DNA from: an uncultured Candidatus Saccharibacteria bacterium
Lineage (GTDB): Bacteria > Patescibacteriota > Minisyncoccia > 2-02-FULL-40-12 > GWA2-44-9
Length of the DNA stretch: 64,000 nucleotides
NCBI GenBank assembly: GCA_964356795.1
Contig: CAYHIK010000003.1
Location: forward strand, 19,004-83,003
Reading direction: 5' to 3'
Shown: piece by piece, positions 55,442 to 64,000 of the stretch
Layout of the letters: each line of letters starts with the position of its first letter
Numbering within the stretch: position 1 is the first letter of the stretch
Made by a program: the position numbers and the translations under genes
The notes under the pieces: generated by a model
The model's input: the letters and a program-made list of their open reading frames with translations, nothing else
What the model was told of the DNA's origin: nothing
The model's database searches: none

Positions 55442-57202
55442 TTACCCAATAACAGCTTTAATACGACGAATACCAGATGAAATTGCCTCTTCTTTTATAA
55501 TCTTGAACGATCCAATCTCTCCCGTACGCGTGACGTGGGGACCTCCGCAGAACTCACGACTTACCACCTCGTGCGTTGCGGGGTCTTCTATAGTGTACAC
55601 CGATACCACGTCGCCATATTTTTCGCCAAACGCACCGAGCGCACCAAGGCCGAGTGCTTCATCTTTTGGCATCATAGTGCGCGTCATGGGAAGGTCGCGA
55701 GTAATCCAGCCATTCACCAGCGCCTCCACCTGTGCGAGTTCCTCTGGGGTCGTCTTTGCAGGGTGAGAAAAATCAAATCGCGTACGCTCCGCATTAATAT
55801 TGCTTCCTTTTTGAATCACGTGATCGCCGAGCACCATTCGGAGCGCTCGATGCATGAGGTGTGTTGCCGTATGGTAGCGAACCACTACATCGGAATGATC
55901 TGCGAGCCCGCCCTTAAACGTGCCCGCAGATGCGGTGCGAGAGAGGTCTTTATGGCGTGTAAACGCTTCTTCGAACTGTTGCCGTTCTGGGCTCAACCCC
56001 TTTGCGTGGGCAAGCTCATACGTGAGCTCCCACGGAAATCCGTAGGTCTGATATAGATTAAACGCTGCCTCACCATCAACACTGGGAAGTTTCTCGAATT
56101 CCCGAAGACCCTTCTCGAGCGTCGCAGAAAATTTTGTTTCTTCGTTTTCGATAACGCGTCGAATCGTTTCCGCATGTGTTGTGAGTTCTGGATATTGCGA
56201 GCCAAGCATCACGATAATCACCTCAAGCGATGGCGCATACCATCCCGCATGCATACCCAATTGCCGTGCATACACCATGGAACGTCGAAGCAGGCGGCGA
56301 AGTACGTATCCCCTGTCTTTATTGCTCGGCTCAATACCATCAGCGATGATGAAGGTCGATGCCCGAATGTGGTCGGCAATAATGCGCACATATCGCTCAC
56401 TCTGCTCATGCGGAATGGTTTGCTGCGCTTTAAGCGCAGCAAGTATCGGAGCGAAGAGTTCGGTTTCATACACAGATTGTGCGCCGCTTAATACCGTGAG
56501 TGTGCGCTCAAGCCCCATGCCCGTATCAACGTTTGGTTTTGGAAGTAGCTCGTACAAACCAGTCTCGGTCTTTCGATACTGCATGAATACATCGTTCCAG
56601 ATCTCAACCCAACGAGCGTCGGATGCGTCAAACGCTTTTGGCGCTGGCTCGTGCGCATCAATCCAGTAAAACATCTCAGTATCTGGTCCACAGGGACCCG
56701 TCTGACCCGCAGGACCCCACCAGTTATTCTCACGCGGGAGAAACGTAATACGCTCAGCGGATACTCCAAGTGATTTCCAGATAGCCGCCGCTTCTTCATC
56801 TTTTGGAGCGTGTTCATCGCCTGCAAAACATGAGAATGCGAGCCGTTCAACGGGAATAGCAAGCCACTGCTTGGAGGTTAAGAATTCGAAACTCCAACGA
56901 ATGGCGTCGTCTTTAAAATAGTCGCCCAGCGACCAATTCCCAAGCATTTCAAAAAAGGTTAAATGCGTCGCATCCCCAACCTCATCGATGTCCCCTGTAC
57001 GAATACACTTCTGGACGCTCGCAATTCGGTTGCCAAGAGGGTGTGGCTCTCCGAGCAAATACGGAACAAGCGGGTGCATGCCTGCTGTTGTAAATAAGAC
57101 CGTGGGGTCATTGATGGGGACGAGCGGTGCCGAGGGCACAATTGCGTGTCCTTTCGATTTGAAAAATTCAAGGTAGAGCGCGCGTAATTCAGAATGGGTC
57201 AT
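55442..57202 (-). CDS. alaS: Alanyl-tRNA synthetase, short form (catalytic, tRNA-recognition and editing domains; no C-Ala domain)
   Basis: Class II motifs, the editing HxxxH (TATHLMHRAL) and CGGPHV. It ends at 586 aa. Confidence 0.85.
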   Translation of the reverse strand: MTHSELRALYLEFFKSKGHAIVPSAPLVPINDPTVLFTTAGMHPLVPYLLGEPHPLGNRIASVQKCIRTGDIDEVGDATHLTFFEMLGNWSLGDYFKDDAIRWSFEFLTSKQWLAIPVERLAFSCFAGDEHAPKDEEAAAIWKSLGVSAERITFLPRENNWWGPAGQTGPCGPDTEMFYWIDAHEPAPKAFDASDARWVEIWNDVFMQYRKTETGLYELLPKPNVDTGMGLERTLTVLSGAQSVYETELFAPILAALKAQQTIPHEQSERYVRIIADHIRASTFIIADGIEPSNKDRGYVLRRLLRRSMVYARQLGMHAGWYAPSLEVIIVMLGSQYPELTTHAETIRRVIENEETKFSATLEKGLREFEKLPSVDGEAAFNLYQTYGFPWELTYELAHAKGLSPERQQFEEAFTRHKDLSRTASAGTFKGGLADHSDVVVRYHTATHLMHRALRMVLGDHVIQKGSNINAERTRFDFSHPAKTTPEELAQVEALVNGWITRDLPMTRTMMPKDEALGLGALGAFGEKYGDVVSVYTIEDPATHEVVSREFCGGPHVTRTGEIGSFKIIKEEAISSGIRRIKAVIG

Positions 57203-57228
57203 TTGATGTAGTGTAGACGATTCGGCCT

Positions 57229-57260
57229 AAAAAATGAAGACCCCGCACGTGCGGGGTCTG
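57229..57260 (-). terminator. Rho-independent terminator
   Basis: Hairpin GACCCCGCAC-GTGCGGGGTC with TTCATTTTTT on the minus strand. Confidence 0.7.
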
Positions 57261-57266
57261 GGCTCA

Positions 57267-57575
57267 CTAGTCGCGGTACACCATCCGCGCACAAATCCAG
57301 TCCGAGATCGGAAACGCGATACCCGCACCGGCGATCCAAGCGGCGACCACCATCAGCGGGTCGTGGGACAAGACGGGCTCCCCCTGCGTGTACCATCCGA
57401 TGCCCAGGATGACCGCGACACCAAGCCCCGTCATCAGGAACATATCGATGTAGTATTGACGAGACGTCATGCGCGTCCCCCGCCGCTCACTCGTGCAGAT
57501 TGCGACGAACGGATAGAGTACGTCGAGCACGACAAACGCCATCATGACGGCGATACTCACTGAGTCGCTCGGCAT
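57267..57575 (-). CDS. Hypothetical small membrane protein (102 aa)
   Basis: Three hydrophobic helices. Confidence 0.45.
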   Translation of the reverse strand: MPSDSVSIAVMMAFVVLDVLYPFVAICTSERRGTRMTSRQYYIDMFLMTGLGVAVILGIGWYTQGEPVLSHDPLMVVAAWIAGAGIAFPISDWICARMVYRD

Positions 57576-57615
57576 AACCGTACCTCCAGTATATATTATA
57601 CCACACTAAAAAGTA

Positions 57616-57759
57616 CTATGCAACCCATGCGGGTAAGTATGCGGTTACGAGCTTCCATGCCCAATGCACAACGACCGTCCAAAAACCGAGCGCAGAGCTA
57701 AATACAAAAAGCCAGAACCACGCAAACTTCTTCTCGTCATCAGAAAGATTCTTAAACAT
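57616..57759 (-). CDS. Candidate small membrane protein (47 aa, MFKNLSDDEKKFAWFWLFVFSSALGFWTVVVHWAWKLVTAYLPAWVA)
   Basis: Its ATG lies 3 nt after the stop of the upstream gene, which fits translational coupling. No SD is present. Not in the ORF track. Confidence 0.3.
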   Translation of the reverse strand: MFKNLSDDEKKFAWFWLFVFSSALGFWTVVVHWAWKLVTAYLPAWVA

Positions 57760-57762
57760 GGA

Positions 57763-58224
57763 TTATCGAATATACCAATCATGCGGCAGCACTCCGGTGA
57801 CTGTTTCCTCGGAGCCAACCACAACTTCTAGCTTCGTGTGGTCGGTGCATCCATAGGCGAGTCCGCATACTACGGCCTGCGTATAATACGCCTTGTATCC
57901 TCCAAGATCGCTCCCAATTGACCCCGCATCACGGAGTGTTGCGTATACATAGTAAGTTCCGGCAGGTACTGGGATGCTAAAACGTAAATCTGATGCGTAC
58001 TCAAGAGTGTCAACACAATATTCCACGCCTTGCGTGGTAGTTGACTCTGCGCAAATCTGGAATGCAGGGATCACCTCGCTCGGAAACATGGTGGTCCCCT
58101 CGATGCGTCCGGGTAATTGCGCCTGCTCTGCGTCTGGAGGTGCCATGAAGTACCACGCGCCAAAAGCGAGCGAGACCAGAATGACTGCGCCAATAAGTGA
58201 TTGTTTGAAGATAGGAGCGGTCAT
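57763..58224 (-). CDS. Hypothetical secreted/membrane-anchored protein (153 aa)
   Basis: N-terminal TM/signal helix. Contains Cys. No family recognised. Confidence 0.45.
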   Translation of the reverse strand: MTAPIFKQSLIGAVILVSLAFGAWYFMAPPDAEQAQLPGRIEGTTMFPSEVIPAFQICAESTTTQGVEYCVDTLEYASDLRFSIPVPAGTYYVYATLRDAGSIGSDLGGYKAYYTQAVVCGLAYGCTDHTKLEVVVGSEETVTGVLPHDWYIR

Positions 58225-58276
58225 TGCGTGTACCTCTGAATTCTGTTATAATTTGTCCGTTGTTGCAAGTCGAGAT

Positions 58277-58348
58277 GGGGACTATGGTGAAATGGTATCA
58301 CAACACTCTGTGGCAGTGTGGTCACGGGTTCGATCCCCGTTAGTCCCC
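58277..58348 (+). tRNA. tRNA-His (anticodon GUG) with an encoded G-1
   Basis: The extra 5' G pairs with C73. Acceptor GGGACTA/TAGTCCC, D-stem GTGA/TCAC, anticodon stem ACACT/AGTGT with loop CTGTGGC, T-arm ACGGG-TTCGATC-CCCGT. Confidence 0.8.
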
Positions 58349-58357
58349 CATAACAAA

Positions 58358-58384
58358 AGACTCCCGCTTACCGGGAGTCTTTTG
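58358..58384. terminator. Bidirectional terminator shared by tRNA-His and pyrD
   Basis: Hairpin AGACTCCCG-CTTA-CCGGGAGTCT followed by TTTG. The pyrD stop codon lies in the loop. Confidence 0.7.
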
Positions 58385-59504
58385 CGTGATTGTCTACACC
58401 GACTACATCGGCGACGTTTTTGAATCCATCTCGTCGAAGCAATGCGGCAAGCTCGGCGTTTATCTGCCCGATTGTCTGTGGACCACGATAAATCATGCCG
58501 GTGATGAGCTGTATCAGCGATGCGCCAAGTCGAATTTTGCGATAGGCGTCCTTTCCTGTAAACACCCCGCCAACGCCAATGATGGCGTACGCTCCACGCG
58601 TTGCCCGATACACATACGCAACCTGCGCATCAGAAAGTGACTGGACAGGCATCCCGGATATTCCCCCTTTTTCGGGAACTGTTTGTTCGACAATCTTTGC
58701 GTTTTGGCGCCGCTTCGTTAAATTGCTGCACACAAATCCAGCAATCCGATGCGTATTGCATACCGCAATGATTGCGTCGAGCTCTGCGTGCGATAGGTCA
58801 ACGGCAAGCTTCAGAAAGACCGGCTTATCGGCAAGGGCATCAATACGGGTAAGGAGTGCGTCAAGGCGCGTGGGGTCTGTAAACGGTTCACCTCCAAACG
58901 CATTCGGACAACTGATATTGATAGTATAGTAATCTCCAATACCACGGAACGACTCTACAACGTGTGCATAGTCATCAATAGCAGCATCAGCATCAATCGT
59001 TTCTTTTGAGTTTGTTTTAGCGGCACTTATTCCAATGGGAAGTCGGAATGCTGCACGACGCATGCGACCTGCGATACTATCGGCACCATCGTTTTTCAGG
59101 CCATAGTACACGACGAGTCCCTTCGATTTTGGAAGTCGCCAGAGTCGTGTACCGGAGTTTCCCGCGCATGGCTTGCCCGTAATCGAGCCAAGCTCTGCAA
59201 ATCCAAACCCAACATCGGGCAGAATATTTGTGAGCCGGGCGTTTTTGTCAAATCCAGCCGCGAGCCCAATTGGGTTCTGAAAACGGATGCCTGCAACGTT
59301 CGTCGCAAGAATGTCGTCGTCGTAGCGGAAGATGCTCCGTATCGTTCGTTGTGCGATAGATGAGGATGCAAGAAGCACACCGACTCGCGTGAACGCATCG
59401 TGCACCGCCTCTGGGTCGCGAAGAAAGAGGAGTGGCTTGAGTGCATATCGGTAGGCAACTTCAACGCCACGAGATAAAAAACGCATCATAAAAATATCGT
59501 ACAC
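58368..59504 (-). CDS. pyrD: Dihydroorotate dehydrogenase (class 2, quinone-linked)
   Basis: NPIGLAAGFDKN, GFGFAELGSIT and GVGGV motifs, with a membrane-associated N-terminus. Confidence 0.8.
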   Translation of the reverse strand: MYDIFMMRFLSRGVEVAYRYALKPLLFLRDPEAVHDAFTRVGVLLASSSIAQRTIRSIFRYDDDILATNVAGIRFQNPIGLAAGFDKNARLTNILPDVGFGFAELGSITGKPCAGNSGTRLWRLPKSKGLVVYYGLKNDGADSIAGRMRRAAFRLPIGISAAKTNSKETIDADAAIDDYAHVVESFRGIGDYYTINISCPNAFGGEPFTDPTRLDALLTRIDALADKPVFLKLAVDLSHAELDAIIAVCNTHRIAGFVCSNLTKRRQNAKIVEQTVPEKGGISGMPVQSLSDAQVAYVYRATRGAYAIIGVGGVFTGKDAYRKIRLGASLIQLITGMIYRGPQTIGQINAELAALLRRDGFKNVADVVGVDNHAKDSR

Positions 59505-59525
59505 CGCATCAGATAAACCGCAATG

Positions 59526-60371
59526 CTAGGGATTCCACCGAGCAAAGATGCCCGTAGAAATCATCCGGCCCGTGCGCTGCTTCAAGCAAAGCTGACCCTC
59601 GGTGATGGTGCCTCCGCGCGCCTTGGTCGCATCTTCAAGAAGATTCTTGATGGCGAGTTCAGACGTATTGGTGGCGTATGCGTTGATGATAAGGAATTTG
59701 GCGTTCGGCGAGAGCAGCGCGACACAATCTCGGATAAGCGCAGGCATGTGCTCGTTGAATTTCCAAATCTTTCCACTGGGGGCGTGGCCGAACGCGGGTG
59801 GGTCCATCACGATTCCCTCATACTGCATGCCGCGTTTTACTTCGTTCTTTACGAACTTCGCAGCATCCTCGAGCATCCATCGAATTGAATCGGGCGTGAG
59901 CCCGTTGAGCTCTTGGTTGTCTTTTGCCCATCCAATCGCAGGACGCGAAGCATCAACGTGTGTCACGAACGCTCCACGTTTTGTGAGCCAGACTGATGCT
60001 GCTCCCGTGTATGCAAATAAATTCAGCACCCGCGGTTTTTCCACTCCACGAAGCGCTTCGCTCATAAACACCCAGTTCGACGCTTGCTCAGGAAATACAC
60101 CCGTATGCTTGAAGTTCATGGGTCGTACACGCATCTTCACGTCTTGGAATGACATGTCCCAATGCTCGGGGAGTTCTGCCTTAATGTCCCACGCATCGTT
60201 TCGGAAAACCGCATGTGCTGAGTCCCAGATGTCCGCCGGCTCACTTCGCTCCCAAATCACTTGTGGGTCGGGACGACCGAGAAGATAGTCACCCCAACGC
60301 TCAAGACGATACCCGTCGCCGGTATCGATAAGTTCAAACTCTTTAAATTCTTGCGCGCCATCGAGGTACAT
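59526..60371 (-). CDS. Class I SAM-dependent methyltransferase (RlmI/RlmK-like rRNA MTase family, DPPAF motif)
   Basis: Motif I VLNLFAYTGAASV and motif IV DPPAFG. Confidence 0.65.
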   Translation of the reverse strand: MYLDGAQEFKEFELIDTGDGYRLERWGDYLLGRPDPQVIWERSEPADIWDSAHAVFRNDAWDIKAELPEHWDMSFQDVKMRVRPMNFKHTGVFPEQASNWVFMSEALRGVEKPRVLNLFAYTGAASVWLTKRGAFVTHVDASRPAIGWAKDNQELNGLTPDSIRWMLEDAAKFVKNEVKRGMQYEGIVMDPPAFGHAPSGKIWKFNEHMPALIRDCVALLSPNAKFLIINAYATNTSELAIKNLLEDATKARGGTITEGQLCLKQRTGRMISTGIFARWNP

Positions 60372-60402
60372 AGATAGAGTGTATCAAAAAATACGACGCA
60401 CG

Positions 60403-61182
60403 TCAGAAACGTGCGTCACTACGAGAAAAGAACGACTTCGCTGCACCGAGGTATGCGAGCACCTTGTCGATGTCGAGATTATCATCGGTCCTGAGACCAC
60501 CCTCGGCATCGATATTGATACTCGGCATCATCCGCTTGATAGGAAGGAGCAATCGACTGAGATTATCTGCGCACAGACCGCCCGCAACTCCAAGCTGATA
60601 CGCGGCGCCGGCAAATTCTCGCTGATACATCAACTCCGTGAGGTACGCCATCGCGTGAACAGGCTCGAGAGGCTCGCCTCTTCTACCCGAGTGATCCACC
60701 AGCACGTAATCGATGAGCGAAGCGTACTGCTCGCTCATACGACTCGCAACGCGCACCGCGTCGTTGTTGCATGCCTCCATTGTTCCGCTGTTAATCTGAA
60801 GTACGATCTTCACGCGGGGTCTCGCCAGCTTCAGCGATTGAATCGCCTTGGGGTCAGGCCATACAACATTGAGCTGAATGCCATCACACAGCGGACCAGC
60901 CCATCCGAGAGCGTCTTCCAGCTGATGAGCGAGATCTCGCTGTTCCCGCGTGTTGTAGTGCACGAGATTCAAGCAATCTGGTGACTCCTGGAAGATACCG
61001 AACACATCTTCGCGAGCGGGGTACCGCTTCGGATTTGATGCGGGCATCCCACGGAGCGTCCGATACGACATGAGGACACCAACCATGAGTCGCGGTCCAC
61101 CTGCGCGAATATCGAGTGGAGTTCGTTCAAGCACCGCGCGAACCTGTTCTCGATTCGTAAACCCAGTAACACCGATGTACAT
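60403..61182 (-). CDS. Hypothetical protein, possibly a TIM-barrel of the PRAI (TrpF)-like family
   Basis: Weak resemblance to TrpF (N-terminal IGVTGF, C-terminal LVDHSG...). Low certainty. Confidence 0.35.
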   Translation of the reverse strand: MYIGVTGFTNREQVRAVLERTPLDIRAGGPRLMVGVLMSYRTLRGMPASNPKRYPAREDVFGIFQESPDCLNLVHYNTREQRDLAHQLEDALGWAGPLCDGIQLNVVWPDPKAIQSLKLARPRVKIVLQINSGTMEACNNDAVRVASRMSEQYASLIDYVLVDHSGRRGEPLEPVHAMAYLTELMYQREFAGAAYQLGVAGGLCADNLSRLLLPIKRMMPSINIDAEGGLRTDDNLDIDKVLAYLGAAKSFFSRSDARF

Positions 61183-61209
61183 GGGTCACCTCCGGATGTG
61201 ATGGTGACA

Positions 61210-63204
61210 CTATTCTTGTCGAGGGTCAATATCTCCCGAAATTCCAAGCGCTTTCAAGAATGGGGCGTCCGAAGGTGCTCGCTCAAGAAATGCGCGGATG
61301 AGATCGAGCTCCTCTCTGCTCGCCCCCGGTTCGAGGATTTCACGACGATAGCGAGCGCCCACTTCGAGATTCAATGGATTGCCTCCGAACTTCGAGTACA
61401 TGTCGAGTGCATATACCTTACTCCAGAGATATCCGTAGTACCCCGCATCATAGTCGGCCATGTGCCCCCATCCTGCGGGAAAGAGCGACTCAGGAGGGAG
61501 CGCCACCTGTTCGCACTCCATCTTTATTGTGCGATACGAGTCAGCGAGGAATTGCCCGTCTACGGGCATCTCCGTGGGCTGCGAATGAATCCGCAAGTCA
61601 TAGAGCGCTTTTGTTGCCTGCTGGAGATAGGAGCTCGCATCCATGTGATGACGCGCAGCAATAACTTTTTGCTTTAATTCGTCGGGCATCGCAGCCCCGG
61701 TTCGGTAGTGCCCCCCGATGCGATCCATGACGCGTGAATCCCATGCCCATTCCTCAAACATCTGACTCATCGCTTCTATAAAATCCATAGCAACGCCAAA
61801 TCCATTTTGCCGCTGCCACTTCCCACACGAGAGGAGCGCGTGCATCACATGTCCAAATTCATGTAGGAGTGTCTCTACCTCGTCGATCGCGAGAAGTGAA
61901 GGCTCTTCTTTTGTTTCTTTGGGGAAGTTGCACACCAGCGCAACCAATCCTGGCGCAGTAACGCCATCGGAACGTACGCTACTCAGTGTAATGGGAAATG
62001 CCGCCGCATGACCATACTTTCCTTTGCGTGGGTAGAGGTCGAGAATGAAGTGTCCATACGATGTCTCACCGCCGATAACTTCATAGAGTTGTGCATCGGC
62101 ATGCCAGAGCGCCGCATCCGTGACCCTGCGAAACGAGATGCCGAGCACCTCTTGATATATCGAGAGCATCCCCTCAATAACGCGCTGGAGCGGGAAATAC
62201 TCCTTTACAAGCTCCGAATCAATGTCGTATCGCTCCTTGAGAAGCTTATAATCCCAATATGCAAATTCATGAAACCCAACAGTTGGATGCTCTGCACTGC
62301 GAAGCGAGCGTCGCTTGATATCAACAAGTTCTTGGAGCTCACGCCGTGCGGCGGGTTGGAGTCGCGTGAGAATTCGCTCAATAAAATCAATCGCAGCACG
62401 ACCCGTGCGAGCCATACGTGGCTCTGTCACATAATCAGCATGCGTCGTGTACCCCAACAGCTTCGCATTCTCTTGGCGAAGCATAATCATGCGTGCAAGC
62501 CTCTCAAGATTCTCCCGACCCCCTTTAAGCAAGTTCTTCGTTGCGAGCTCTCGTCGAGCAGTATCATCGTCTGCTGTGCGCATGAATGGAAAAAAGTCGG
62601 GATACTCCAGAGAAACGTGAAAACGATCTCCCTCACGTGTAAGCCCGTTGATGTACCGCTCGGGAAGTCCTGCGAGTTGTTCGCGACTTACCACGATGTG
62701 GTCCTCCCAATCATTGATTGCCTTTTCAAATGCAGTTTGCAGTTTTTGAAGTTCAGTAATATTCCCCTTCAGCGCGGTAAATTGCTCTTCTGGCAATGCA
62801 AAACCCATCCGACGCATGTCTCGCACGCGTTCGTCAGCAAGCTTTTGGTCTATGGCATTCAGTTGTTCGCCTCGCTCTGTCCACGCCTGAACAGCAGTCC
62901 ACAATCGACGGTCGTACTCCATCTCGACGTTTTCAGCATCAATACGATCCGATCCTGCTTGCGCGGCAGTACGAATGGTCTCGTCGGGATGCACGCTGAG
63001 AAGGAGCGATAATTGCTGTTGCAAATCAGCAATATCGTCATCGGCGTATTCAAGCGCAGCGATAGTGTTTGCAAATGTGCGCTCATCGGGAGTAATAGCA
63101 ATCACTGCATCCAGCGCTCCACGCTTATGTTGGAGCGCCCGAACAACCGCCGCCTCAATGGCAGACTGACTGCGATGCACCCACTCAAACTGATTGCGTA
63201 TCAT
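61210..63204 (-). CDS. M3 family metallo-oligopeptidase (oligopeptidase A/Dcp-like)
   Basis: HEFGHVMHALL (HExxH) and the M3 fold. 664 aa. Confidence 0.8.
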   Translation of the reverse strand: MIRNQFEWVHRSQSAIEAAVVRALQHKRGALDAVIAITPDERTFANTIAALEYADDDIADLQQQLSLLLSVHPDETIRTAAQAGSDRIDAENVEMEYDRRLWTAVQAWTERGEQLNAIDQKLADERVRDMRRMGFALPEEQFTALKGNITELQKLQTAFEKAINDWEDHIVVSREQLAGLPERYINGLTREGDRFHVSLEYPDFFPFMRTADDDTARRELATKNLLKGGRENLERLARMIMLRQENAKLLGYTTHADYVTEPRMARTGRAAIDFIERILTRLQPAARRELQELVDIKRRSLRSAEHPTVGFHEFAYWDYKLLKERYDIDSELVKEYFPLQRVIEGMLSIYQEVLGISFRRVTDAALWHADAQLYEVIGGETSYGHFILDLYPRKGKYGHAAAFPITLSSVRSDGVTAPGLVALVCNFPKETKEEPSLLAIDEVETLLHEFGHVMHALLSCGKWQRQNGFGVAMDFIEAMSQMFEEWAWDSRVMDRIGGHYRTGAAMPDELKQKVIAARHHMDASSYLQQATKALYDLRIHSQPTEMPVDGQFLADSYRTIKMECEQVALPPESLFPAGWGHMADYDAGYYGYLWSKVYALDMYSKFGGNPLNLEVGARYRREILEPGASREELDLIRAFLERAPSDAPFLKALGISGDIDPRQE

Positions 63205-63304
63205 TATCGTATACTACCGCACCGCATGCATTCCTCGTATATTGACAATAATTATATACCGTGGCATACTGAATACGTTCGTTTTACCCGAGAGGAGAAC
63301 GCAG

Positions 63305-63739
63305 ATGCTGAACTGGATCCAGAAGTTGATCAATGCCGTACCCGCTGACTGGACGCCGAGCCTCGCGCCGATGGAGCCGGGTGAGAAGTTGCTCGGCCCC
63401 ATCCCCAACGAGATCATGCCCGAGTTGCGGGCACTCGGATACCTCGCGCACGAGATGCGGCGCCTGGCTGCAGAGCACAATACGAGCCACTCCGAAGGGA
63501 CAAGTCACGGTGAAGAGGCGTGCGCTCGCTTCGCAAGAACCATTGCGGCGTGGGAGTCCCAGGGAGCCATTCTGGGACAGGCCATCGCATTGGCGCTCCG
63601 CGAACACTTCGATACGGGCGCAGATGGCAAGGTCGACATCCGAGCAGAGGGCGTCATCCTCCATGCGCCCGATCCGCTCGAGCAGTTGCGCGCCTTGGGC
63701 TTCCAGGTCATCGAGTTCGACCCAAAGGCGGACATGTAG
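63305..63739 (+). CDS. Hypothetical protein (144 aa) in a GC-rich segment
   Basis: ATG at 63305 preceded by GAGGAG. Terminator downstream. Confidence 0.45.
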   Translation: MLNWIQKLINAVPADWTPSLAPMEPGEKLLGPIPNEIMPELRALGYLAHEMRRLAAEHNTSHSEGTSHGEEACARFARTIAAWESQGAILGQAIALALREHFDTGADGKVDIRAEGVILHAPDPLEQLRALGFQVIEFDPKADM

Positions 63740-63753
63740 CAGGTAGGTAGGCC

Positions 63754-63786
63754 AGACCGGGTGCGCGTGCATCCGGTCTTTTCATA
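63754..63786 (+). terminator. Rho-independent terminator
   Basis: Hairpin AGACCGG-N12-CCGGTCT followed by TTTCAT. Confidence 0.5.
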
Positions 63787-64000
63787 TTAGAGAAGCTTCC
63801 TCACCCACAAATAGCGAATCATACCCAACACGATAAGAATCGTAGTTCCAATAACAAAAAAGAATGCAGACGGGTGATCTCCAAGTGGGAGGCGTACATT
63901 CATTCCATAGAGTCCCGACATCACCATAGGAACCGTCAGTACCACCGTCATGAGTGTGAGGAGCTTGATGACGCGGTTTAATTCGTTGGTAGCAATAACC
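63787..64000 (-). CDS. corA: Magnesium/cobalt transporter CorA, C-terminal part; the 5' end lies outside the window
   Basis: The reverse translation ends ...LYGMNVRLPLGDHPSAFFFVIGTTILIVLGMIRYLWVRKLL, with the GMN motif and the two C-terminal TM helices. Confidence 0.8.
   Translation of the reverse strand, partial: VIATNELNRVIKLLTLMTVVLTVPMVMSGLYGMNVRLPLGDHPSAFFFVIGTTILIVLGMIRYLWVRKLL

Noticed and set aside
1-64000. CRISPR arrays, IS elements or transposases, integrases, rRNA genes
   Set aside because: Reading both strands, I saw no regularly spaced direct repeats, no DDE or serine/tyrosine recombinase motifs and no rRNA-like sequence. Absence is based on visual inspection only.

Overview
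This 64-kb window is from a bacterium whose GC content looks close to 52% by eye (not computed). It resembles a reduced genome such as the Patescibacteria/CPR, but that placement is tentative. Supporting it: RpoA has no alpha-CTD, AlaRS has no C-Ala domain, DnaJ has no C-terminal domains, and S9 and S11 carry N-terminal extensions. Against it: the window also encodes pyrD and a DUF481 barrel.

Contents in order:
- The 3' end of a dcw cluster (rsmH, ftsL-like, ftsI, murF) terminated by tRNA-Glu(CUC).
- A solitary pilT followed by two unknown genes.
- mgtC, a small membrane protein and a DUF805 protein, then rplU.
- recR and dnaB.
- A two-gene island that looks GC-richer than its surroundings and encodes only unknown proteins.
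- cysS and an Nramp transporter.
- A CIRCE-controlled hrcA-grpE-dnaK-(membrane protein)-dnaJ operon.
- A DUF481 barrel protein; efp, fmt, def; a PriA that appears ATPase-dead; gltX and an M23 peptidase.
- An accessory stretch with a PolB-like 3'-5' exonuclease overlapping a PD-(D/E)XK nuclease, a Cys-rich protein and an Ada-type Zn-finger protein.
- rpmA and rplI; ctpA.
- A cell-envelope glycopolymer cluster (GT2, LCP, GT2, Wzy_C ligase, GT2-GT4 fusion, GT4) next to mreB.
- A ribosomal/rpoA block (rpsI, rplM, rplQ, rpoA, rpsD, rpsK, rpsM, rpmJ, infA).
- A 656-aa membrane protein.
- A very GC-rich cassette with a textbook sigma70 promoter and SD driving tiny hydrophobic ORFs.
- A UvrD-type helicase-nuclease fusion, dus and alaS.
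- tRNA-His(GUG) flanked by small membrane-protein genes.
- pyrD, an rRNA-methyltransferase-like gene, an M3 peptidase and the 3' end of corA.

No CRISPR array, transposase or rRNA gene was recognised. All calls rest on motif recognition by eye; no searches were run.
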